IMG/VR virus record: IMGVR_UViG_3300009442_000027 | Span: 1-28,452 of that record | Reading direction: 5' to 3' (one strand) | DNA from: a virus | Lineage: Duplodnaviria; Caudoviricetes | DNA: 28,452 nucleotides | The notes under the pieces: generated by a model | What the model was told of the DNA's origin: nothing | What the model saw: the letters and a program-made list of their open reading frames with translations, nothing else | The model's database searches: none | Translations under genes and position numbers: made by a program | Part shown: one piece after another, positions 1 through 6,852 of the stretch | Layout: each line of letters opens with the position of its first letter | Position numbering within the stretch: position 1 is the first letter of the stretch

Positions 1-220
1 AATACGGTTTGGGTATGGTTAGTGCGATTAAATTAAACGAAAATAAATTATGGAACAAACATTTGAAGATTACCTAAAGCAAGCAAGACAAGATTTTGCA
101 AAAGTAGCAAGTGAATATACCGTTACTGAACATTTAAAATTAAGAACGGCTATAGATAGCTTGCTGATTGCCTATGACCAAGCAGTAAACCAAGCATTAA
201 CTATACCCGTTGTTGTAAAA
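1..220 (+). repeat. attC-like inverted-repeat site with a long coding loop
   Basis: GGGTATGGTTAGTGC (11-25) is the reverse complement of GCATTAACTATACCC (194-208) at 13/15, both mismatches G-T type. A GTT-starting box GTTGTAAAA follows at 212-220. The left R box is cut off or degenerate at the window edge. Confidence 0.55.
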
Positions 221-301
221 TCGTTGCCTAATAAATACTGCCCTAAGTGTGGCGAACCGATTGCTAAACCGCATAAGTTTTGGTGTAAAGACAAGCCTTA
301 A
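50..301 (+). CDS. Small phage protein with C-terminal zinc-ribbon-like motif
   Basis: 83 aa ORF with ATG after an A-rich leader; CPKC...HKFWC motif after QALTIPVVVKSL, which is encoded by the repeat arm and GTT box. Confidence 0.7.
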   Translation: MEQTFEDYLKQARQDFAKVASEYTVTEHLKLRTAIDSLLIAYDQAVNQALTIPVVVKSLPNKYCPKCGEPIAKPHKFWCKDKP

Positions 302-303
302 TC

Positions 304-334
304 GGCTATGTTTTACAACCTCGTGTTGGCGGTA
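304..334. repeat. Junction of two inverted core boxes (TTTTACAAC-ctcgt-GTTGGCGGTA)
   Basis: TTTTACAAC (311-319) is the exact reverse complement of 212-220. GTGTTGGCGGTA (323-334) is the exact reverse complement of 1139-1150. Confidence 0.65.
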
Positions 335-1121
335 GTTTTTTTTCCATTTCAATAATCGTACTTATACAAAATAAATTTTCAATACTTTTCAAATTTGGTG
401 ATTTTTCATTTTTATTTAAATACTCAAAAATAGATTTACAATAATAATTTAAATGTTTATCAAATTTAATATCTGAGTGTTTTACAGCTGCACTCAATAT
501 GCTATTTGCCATTAAAATTGAGTTTTTAAGAATATTGTTCCGTTTAAATTCAACTATCTTTTCGTTTTTAACAATTCTTAAAGCATCCCAAAACCCTTCA
601 TCAGCTCTTGGATGAATGTATGAAGACCCTAAATCATATCCTAAACTATAAAGAAACGATAGATTCAATTCTTTTGCGAGATTCTCAATCTTAGGTTCTT
701 CCCATTCTTTTTTTTCTTTTTTTAGTTTTTCATATTTCTCAACTTGCTCTTTTTGGTCAATTAAATATTCTCTAGTTTTTGTGCTATTAAATTCAGAGCT
801 ACTTCTTGTTTTATTTCTAGATTCAAATGTTTTAATAAAAGACCAGTCTTTAAATGCTTGGTAACTATTTTTTTTATTTAAATGTTCAAGATAGAAATAC
901 CGTTCTATTATAAGACGATATAATGCCATAGCTTCGCCTTCTTGATCTTCTTTCAAGAGAATATTTATGCTATTTAACAGTGAGTGTGATTTTGATATAA
1001 AATTCCTTAAAATTATATTTTTCGTGTCAGAATTAGGATCGTCGAATACTATAATAACAATTTTAGTAATCCGCTTATATGATTCAACTAATTTGATTAA
1101 TTCATTATACTCTAGGTTCAT
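306..1121 (-). CDS. DUF5677-like helical protein (cargo, possible defence effector)
   Basis: 271 aa; LYRLIIE and YDLGSSYIH motifs resemble DUF5677; AT-rich and opposite to neighbouring phage ORFs; the C-terminus (LPPT) reads through the core box. Confidence 0.6.
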   Translation of the reverse strand: MNLEYNELIKLVESYKRITKIVIIVFDDPNSDTKNIILRNFISKSHSLLNSINILLKEDQEGEAMALYRLIIERYFYLEHLNKKNSYQAFKDWSFIKTFESRNKTRSSSEFNSTKTREYLIDQKEQVEKYEKLKKEKKEWEEPKIENLAKELNLSFLYSLGYDLGSSYIHPRADEGFWDALRIVKNEKIVEFKRNNILKNSILMANSILSAAVKHSDIKFDKHLNYYCKSIFEYLNKNEKSPNLKSIENLFCISTIIEMEKKLPPTRGCKT

Positions 1122-1139
1122 TCATAGTTTTTTTTAATT

Positions 1140-1194
1140 ACCGCCAACACCAAGTTATGCGAAGCGCAGCTACGTCATAGAAACTGTTAGCGAT
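1140..1194 (-). repeat. attC-like recombination site (about 55 bp imperfect hairpin)
   Basis: Minus strand reads ATCGCTAAC-agtttc-TATG-a-CG-t-AGC-tgc-GCT-t-CG-CATA-acttggt-GTTGGCGGT: AAC...GTT outer boxes, an inner stem with an unpaired base, located between two co-oriented genes. Confidence 0.62.
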
Positions 1195-1235
1195 TATTTT
1201 TTTGTCTTATTCAAAAAGTTGTTCGTGGCTCAAAG

Positions 1236-1982
1236 TTAGGGACTTTTCGGAGCTGGTTTATCTCTAAAATCATCATATATTGTATTGATACCCAGTATTA
1301 TTTCATCTAAACTCTTGCTTTTTTGTAAATTATTAATGATCTTGGAAAGTGGTCGACCTCTACTAATAGTTCCATGGTCTTCTATATATCTATCTAATAT
1401 TTCTGAAGCCTTTCTCATAGTGAGTAAATATGAATCTGCATTTGAACGCAAATAATTTAATTTATTTTCAGATTGATCTAAAGCTTTCTTAAGTTCATTT
1501 TTTTCATATTTGAGCTTCTGGTTTTCCTCATCATAATTATTATTAGATTTACTCAAATTAGCTCTACTTGTGTTAATGGATTCAATTTCTTTTGCCCATT
1601 TGTCTTTGATGTTTTTTAACTCATCCAACAATTTGCCATAATCGGTTGCATCAATTTTGGTTCGCTTGTCTATATGTGTGAATTGATAGTTTTTAAATTG
1701 AACAACAAGCCAAGAAGCAAGTATGTTGAGTGTGCCAAAAAGCACTAAGGCCACTACTGTAAATCCGAGTGGCTTCCATAACAAATTAGTGGACTCTATA
1801 AGTTCAAGTTCTTCAATATAGTCAATTCGAGTGATGCCGTGTAGGTGTTCTTCGTTGATAAACAAGATAGCAACCAATATTTTCCAATTACTAGCAATCC
1901 ATGCCAAAATAAATGTTCCTGTAAATGGTTTTTTTGCTCTTTCGTATAAAGTCGCTTTAACTGATTGATGAAATTTTTCCAT
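1236..1982 (-). CDS. Membrane protein with two N-terminal TM segments and a long coiled coil (cargo)
   Basis: 248 aa; ERAKKPFTGTFILAWIASNWKILVAILF and a second hydrophobic helix, followed by a heptad-rich region. Confidence 0.7.
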   Translation of the reverse strand: MEKFHQSVKATLYERAKKPFTGTFILAWIASNWKILVAILFINEEHLHGITRIDYIEELELIESTNLLWKPLGFTVVALVLFGTLNILASWLVVQFKNYQFTHIDKRTKIDATDYGKLLDELKNIKDKWAKEIESINTSRANLSKSNNNYDEENQKLKYEKNELKKALDQSENKLNYLRSNADSYLLTMRKASEILDRYIEDHGTISRGRPLSKIINNLQKSKSLDEIILGINTIYDDFRDKPAPKSP

Positions 1983-2091
1983 GGTTTTAATGATTTGAGG
2001 GTTATTTTTAAATCCATACCAGCGTTTTGTATAGGATAAGTATAGATTAATTAGCTAAATATACATGTTTTTAATTTCCATTTTATTCTCC

Positions 2092-2850
2092 TTAATTGTC
2101 TTTATAATTTTCATTTATTTTTTTTACAGAAACATTAGTAATTTCGTGACAAGCTTTTAATAGCCGATGCAAAGAATTGGTTAAATAACTTGCGTCAATT
2201 TTCAGGTTTTCACCCAACTTATAATTAGATGCTGAGTTCAATTTTAGGTAAGTTTCATTAACAATTGAATTATTATGAATAATTAAGTTTCTTGCAGAAT
2301 AAATCTCTACTATTTCATTAAAAAAGAGTCCATTTTTTTCATTTACGCTGACATATTTAAAGTTTAAATTAAATTTTTTTTCTAAATATTCAATTCTTTC
2401 CTTGATGCTTTGACGGCCCAATACCTCAACTTCCTTTTTGATTAAATTATTTTTAATATCTTCTATAGAATCAAATGAAAGTAACTCTTCATAAGTTAAA
2501 TTCTTTGTTTTAGTTTTCAAAGATTGCCAGAAAGATTTCAATAACAAGGTAGTGATTTTTGATAAAAACACATCGAAATACGTCACAGCATGAATTAGTG
2601 TCATCTGATAAATTAATAATGGAAGTCCATTAATTCGTCTATTCGTCTGGGCTAATTCAGCCTCTTTTATAATTTGAGCTCTTGTTTTATTACTATGTTT
2701 GTTGATACTTTCAATAAAATTTTGTTTTTTATCTTCATAAACCTTAGTTAATTCTGGTATATTTGACTTGAAGTGCATTAGCTGACTAAGTATATCTATA
2801 AACTCTATTCTAGACTCAATTACTTCTAACTCGTTTTCGTTTAAGAACAT
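2092..2850 (-). CDS. HEPN-domain protein (putative RNase, possible abortive-infection effector)
   Basis: 252 aa, helical, RxxxxH motif RNLIIH in EIYSARNLIIHNNSIVN, with an upstream VTYFDVFL helix typical of HEPN folds. Confidence 0.68.
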   Translation of the reverse strand: MFLNENELEVIESRIEFIDILSQLMHFKSNIPELTKVYEDKKQNFIESINKHSNKTRAQIIKEAELAQTNRRINGLPLLIYQMTLIHAVTYFDVFLSKITTLLLKSFWQSLKTKTKNLTYEELLSFDSIEDIKNNLIKKEVEVLGRQSIKERIEYLEKKFNLNFKYVSVNEKNGLFFNEIVEIYSARNLIIHNNSIVNETYLKLNSASNYKLGENLKIDASYLTNSLHRLLKACHEITNVSVKKINENYKDN

Positions 2851-2940
2851 TTTTTATGATATTTGTTGAGGGAAAACTATTCACCATAAGGTATAGTAAT
2901 TATGCTACTGTTGGAGAGTGGTTTAACTCGGGGTTTAATT

Positions 2941-3129
2941 ATGGAACAATTTAAGAAAATAATTCCAATCTTAGTTATCATTGCTATATACGGAGGCATC
3001 ACAACGATCTACTGCATAGATAACGATATTCCTATAAGATCTGCCTTAGACATAACTGTACCGCTCCTAATTGGGTTTTTCTTGCTGTATTTAGTTAAAA
3101 GTAATTGGAAAGATTTCATGAACAAATAA
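2941..3129 (+). CDS. Small two-TM membrane protein
   Basis: ORF track gives 2902-3129; ATG 2941 (MEQFKK...) is the more plausible start; two hydrophobic helices. Confidence 0.55.
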   Translation: MEQFKKIIPILVIIAIYGGITTIYCIDNDIPIRSALDITVPLLIGFFLLYLVKSNWKDFMNK

Positions 3130-3169
3130 TATCTCATTTTTTTTATATCTTTATCAAAAACTCTGTCTC

Positions 3170-3718
3170 ATGAAAAAAGCCCTACTTATTACCTTATTAT
3201 TTTCCTGTTTTAGTTTGACAGCTCAAACACCCAGTGAAAGCGAAGTTCAAGAAATTATTCAGAAAATAAACAATTTAGACAGCCTCTCAGCGCGTCAATT
3301 TGCTGATGACATTGCCCTTTCATCTAAAACAAATTTTCAGTTTTATGAGCTTAAAACTTATAAAAAAGGCCGCATTCTTAGATACAATTATATTAAGATG
3401 GATCTGCCTGAAGATCAACAACAGAAGATCGAATCCTATGGATGTGATCAAAATTGCTTGACTGTTGAATTTAAAGTGTATTATGAGGGTGGGAATCCTG
3501 ATTTAGAAATTATTGGAGAAAAAAAAATAGCATTTAGCGAAGTTGGAAGCTTCAGATTTTTAGACATATTTCCAACGTGGAAACGGGTATTTTATACAAA
3601 CTCAACTGAAGTTGATGTTTTGAGTTTTAAAAACAACGATATTTATTTAGCAAATACTGGTGTTTTCAGATTTCAAAAATTCAACAACTTTTGGACACTT
3701 AAAAATCAGAGCTTTTAA
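3170..3718 (+). CDS. Exported protein with Sec signal peptide (moron-like)
   Basis: MKKALLITLLFSCFSLTA-Q signal peptide with Gln at +1, typical of Bacteroidota; a -7-like TATCTTTA lies at 3146-3153. Confidence 0.75.
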   Translation: MKKALLITLLFSCFSLTAQTPSESEVQEIIQKINNLDSLSARQFADDIALSSKTNFQFYELKTYKKGRILRYNYIKMDLPEDQQQKIESYGCDQNCLTVEFKVYYEGGNPDLEIIGEKKIAFSEVGSFRFLDIFPTWKRVFYTNSTEVDVLSFKNNDIYLANTGVFRFQKFNNFWTLKNQSF

Positions 3719-3726
3719 CAATTGGA

Positions 3727-3758
3727 TTTGTAAAACCAATCTATTTTTTATAAATTCG
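3727..3758 (+). promoter_or_regulatory. Bacteroidota-type promoter for the 3763 gene
   Basis: -33 TTTG (3727-3730), 20-bp spacer, -7 TAAATTCG (3751-3758; one mismatch to TAnnTTTG), ATG at 3763. Confidence 0.5.
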
Positions 3759-3762
3759 TAAT

Positions 3763-4008
3763 ATGCCAATGAGTCCGAATCAAAAAAAAGGGATCAAAAA
3801 AAACAAGCTGCTACGCTACAAGGACGTTTTGGACTTATATAATGAAAAAAAAACAGAAGATATTCCTGTAATTGTAATTTGGCGCAAACACATTTACCCA
3901 CGTTTTTACATTTCACGAAAAACACTTTATATAATTCTAGCCACGCCCGTGGTTAAAGAACTCAAAGAAATTGCAGCCATTGAAGAACAGCAGCTTCAGA
4001 TGTTTTAA
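3763..4008 (+). CDS. Small basic HTH-like phage protein, candidate late-gene regulator
   Basis: 81 aa; IWRKHIYPRFYISRKTLYIIL resembles an HTH; it is the last rightward gene before the convergent head operon, where Mu-like phages have Mor/C-type activators. Confidence 0.5.
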   Translation: MPMSPNQKKGIKKNKLLRYKDVLDLYNEKKTEDIPVIVIWRKHIYPRFYISRKTLYIILATPVVKELKEIAAIEEQQLQMF

Positions 4009-4457
4009 ACATCGTTTAAACCACAACTATACGTAATTGTATATTCCTGGACACCATCGTCACGTTTAACCCTCACGCATCCCGTACGAATTAATTTACC
4101 TGCATATACTTCTGGATTAAATCCTTGTAATTTTTTATGAATTTCTTCAATGAGGTCCCAAATGCTCCAAGCATTATCTTTTTGAGTCACTGGCGCTTTT
4201 GCAGATGTATTGGTTAACTTCAAATTTGCAACAGTAAAACTAAACACCGCTTCAGCTTGTTGGCGCTCAATTGGAATTACTTTTTTGTCTCGACCAATGT
4301 TTGAATACTCAGCATTGGTAATATCTATGAGTACACAAGGCCATTGCACAGGAAAATTTGGACTGAAATAGTCTAACTGACCCCAATCTTCATCTACGTA
4401 TTTAAGGTCTGTTAAAGTGGCTAATCTCGTTTGAATGTTTTTAATTAGTGCTTTCAT
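4005..4457 (-). CDS. Tail terminator/completion protein (Mu gp37-like)
   Basis: 150 aa; YVDEDWGQLD...PVQWPCVLID and IHKKLQGF motifs; lies after the gpG-like gene. Confidence 0.65.
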   Translation of the reverse strand: MKALIKNIQTRLATLTDLKYVDEDWGQLDYFSPNFPVQWPCVLIDITNAEYSNIGRDKKVIPIERQQAEAVFSFTVANLKLTNTSAKAPVTQKDNAWSIWDLIEEIHKKLQGFNPEVYAGKLIRTGCVRVKRDDGVQEYTITYSCGLNDV

Positions 4458-5006
4458 CTATTTAAGTTTTTTAAGTATTTCTTTATTAAGATTTTGTAAG
4501 TTATGATCCACTACTTTTTTAATTCGCATTTCAACAGCAGGATCAAAGCCAATGAAACGCCGTTCTTCAATTTTCATTTTAGTGCCGACTTTCATAAGTG
4601 CCATTGCTTTCCATTTAGAAGCTTCAGCAGAAAGTGACCTGTTTCTTTTGGTGTTTGCTGCTTTTTTCTTTCTGACATTAAAAACAACAGCATTGCTAGA
4701 CTTGTAGTGCATGGCCCAGAAAAAGCTTTTCATTTTTGCGGTCACCACAATTTCACCGCCTTCGTTATGAATGCTCGCATAGGGTAAGTTACTACTCCAA
4801 CTGATTTTTCCAGTCTTGGTTGACGATTTTATACTTTTTCTCAAACGCCCTGACCTCAGTAATAGAGATCCTCTACTATTGGCGTGTTTGGTGGTTTTCC
4901 ACTTTTTATTGAAGAAGCTTTTACGCTCAAAATTACGATCAAACGCTTGGGTCAAATCGACTTCAACATCTTTTAAAATTTCGTTTAAAAACGATTTAGA
5001 ATCCAT
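4458..5006 (-). CDS. Virion morphogenesis protein (Mu gpG / tail completion S-like)
   Basis: 182 aa; LLRSGRLRKSI, PYASIHNEGG and RRFIG motifs. Confidence 0.85.
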   Translation of the reverse strand: MDSKSFLNEILKDVEVDLTQAFDRNFERKSFFNKKWKTTKHANSRGSLLLRSGRLRKSIKSSTKTGKISWSSNLPYASIHNEGGEIVVTAKMKSFFWAMHYKSSNAVVFNVRKKKAANTKRNRSLSAEASKWKAMALMKVGTKMKIEERRFIGFDPAVEMRIKKVVDHNLQNLNKEILKKLK

Positions 5007-5021
5007 ATTTAATTTTTTTTG

Positions 5022-5029
5022 TATCTTTG
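5022..5029 (+). promoter_or_regulatory. Bacteroidota -7 promoter element, probably driving a leaderless mRNA
   Basis: TATCTTTG is an exact TAnnTTTG match, 5 nt before ATG 5035. Confidence 0.6.
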
Positions 5030-5034
5030 TTATT

Positions 5035-5271
5035 ATGAGTTTTTCTAATCAAAATCTTAGAGAGTCAACAATTTTTGATTTAACAACAGACCCCAACATT
5101 ATTGTTGGTGAATTTGGTATTTCGGAAACTGCTGATCAGTACAACAAAATTATTTCAATAGAAACTCGAATTAAAGATTTTTTAGACCTCTCAGAACTGA
5201 CAAATGATTCTAAATTAAAAGAAGCAGTTTATAAACAGTTCAAAGAGGAATTACTTGTTTTTGCTTATTAA
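5035..5271 (+). CDS. Small acidic protein antisense to the head operon; candidate immunity protein for the MuF extension
   Basis: 78 aa from ATG 5035, in the frame of track ORF 4816-5271; fills the gap between MuF and gpG and overlaps the MuF 3' end by 21 nt. Confidence 0.6.
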   Translation: MSFSNQNLRESTIFDLTTDPNIIVGEFGISETADQYNKIISIETRIKDFLDLSELTNDSKLKEAVYKQFKEELLVFAY

Positions 5272-6792
5272 TTTTTTATCTAACTTCAATAGCTCACTAT
5301 ACCCATACTCTTCATGCACCAATGCTAAGCGTACAAACTCCGTTACATATTTTTTAGTCAGTTTAGAATTATTTACAATAGCATCAACTAAACCTATTTT
5401 TTGAAAACTATAAGTTTCATTTAATAGATGCTTTTCCACATCTGCCAAAACTTTTGATTTATTAGCTTTACTAAACTTTATTAGTTGATCGTAATTCCTA
5501 ACCATTGTATTATAACCCGTATTACCTCGATCATTCATTAGTTCTGTGTTCTCCAATTTTCCGCCCATAGATTTCATAAACTCTGGCAGGCGTTTCCTGG
5601 ATACAAATTCATTTGCTAATTCCATATATCTAGTGTCTATTTTTGTCAAATCAACATAACCAATTTTGTTTGCATTATGCATAATTTCATGATGTAAGGT
5701 TGAAATTGCTTGTTCTTGTAAATAAGTTGTTTTTCTCCCTTTATTAATATTATTTATTCCACTAATCACTTTATTCATGATTGTTTTTTTCAAATAAATA
5801 TCACCTTTCATGCCCGTATATCCATTAACGCCACGTCTTCGAGTAGTTGTAACATACTTAAATGAACGCGCAAAATAATCAGGGTTTTTCTTCGCAAAGG
5901 ATTTAAAATAGTCAGTTAAATCATCTTCATTCCTAATGGTTTTTGTTTTTTCACTGATCTGTTTTTTCACAGTAGCTTTCACTGCCTTAGCTCCAACAAC
6001 TTTGTTATATGGATGCTTTGGCGGAAAAATCACTTTTTGTTTGGCAGGGTTAAATCGAAAAATAGCTAGTTTGTTTTCACCTTTTTTACCGAGCTTCGTC
6101 GTTGCTTTTTCACCAAGTTCAATTGCTTTCTTTGGATCACTTTTATCATTCAGATAGCTTAAGACCTGGACAACGGTACAACGGCAACGCCACCCATTTG
6201 GCGCAAAATAGGAGTCCCAAAATGGATCGCTTTTTGGTAGTGTAATATCGTGAAGAACTCTGTGACTGTCACGAACCCTGTCATCATTGGCCGTTCGGTA
6301 CTGTAGATAATATTTGTCACCATCTTCAAAGGATTCCCAACGTTCGGCCATTTGCACGGCTCCAACGGCAAAATCATATTCGGCTTCTAAATAATTTTCG
6401 TTATAATTCTTTTTTATTTTCGAAATATCATTAGAAAATTGTGAAAATGATTTAATCGTTTTGTCTTTTGTCAATAAAAGCCTGGAAGCTTCAAAAAGTT
6501 GTGCATGAGTTTTGAGAGAAGAAAATAGAAAAATGTCATTTTCTAATCGGCCAATGAGTTCATTTGAAAGTTGGTTGTCTTTCAGTGTATCATTTAAGAT
6601 TTTAGCCGTTGATCGAATGATTTTTTTGTACTCAGGTACTTTTTCTAAATCTTCTGGCTTGTAAGTTCCTTTTTTGTGCAGCATTTTAAATGCTGTTTCA
6701 ACTGCTTTTAATAACGGTTTAAGGTTATCGGACAATGACAGGTTTAGCGTTTGTTTTTCGTGCTTACAATGGCTGCAACTGCAATCATACAA
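5251..6792 (-). CDS. MuF (Mu gpF / SPP1 gp7-like) minor head protein with C-terminal HExxH metallopeptidase-like extension
   Basis: YRTANDDRVRDSH and PNGWRCRC are MuF motifs; C-terminal HHEIMH plus downstream ELANE. Only a TTG start is available; the frame is open back to 6852. Confidence 0.85.
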   Translation of the reverse strand: MYDCSCSHCKHEKQTLNLSLSDNLKPLLKAVETAFKMLHKKGTYKPEDLEKVPEYKKIIRSTAKILNDTLKDNQLSNELIGRLENDIFLFSSLKTHAQLFEASRLLLTKDKTIKSFSQFSNDISKIKKNYNENYLEAEYDFAVGAVQMAERWESFEDGDKYYLQYRTANDDRVRDSHRVLHDITLPKSDPFWDSYFAPNGWRCRCTVVQVLSYLNDKSDPKKAIELGEKATTKLGKKGENKLAIFRFNPAKQKVIFPPKHPYNKVVGAKAVKATVKKQISEKTKTIRNEDDLTDYFKSFAKKNPDYFARSFKYVTTTRRRGVNGYTGMKGDIYLKKTIMNKVISGINNINKGRKTTYLQEQAISTLHHEIMHNANKIGYVDLTKIDTRYMELANEFVSRKRLPEFMKSMGGKLENTELMNDRGNTGYNTMVRNYDQLIKFSKANKSKVLADVEKHLLNETYSFQKIGLVDAIVNNSKLTKKYVTEFVRLALVHEEYGYSELLKLDKKLISKNK

Positions 6793-6814
6793 GAAGTCTA
6801 AACGACTATGAAAT

Positions 6815-6852
6815 GCCCCAAAATAAACTTCAGGGCTTACACGAAAAAAGGG
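6815..6852 (-). other. Predicted -1 ribosomal frameshift signal (portal to MuF)
   Basis: Overlapping heptamers C CCT TTT (6852-6846) and T TTT TTC (6849-6843), 6-nt spacer, hairpin GCCCTGAAG-ttta-TTTTGGGGC (6836-6815). The -1 frame is the MuF frame. Confidence 0.72.

Noticed and set aside
1796-2017. 73-aa minus-strand ORF
   Set aside because: Alternative-frame overlap of the 1236-1982 gene with no recognisable features.
4816-5034. N-terminal extension of ORF 4816-5271
   Set aside because: Antisense shadow of the gpG-like gene; the promoter and ATG point to a start at 5035.
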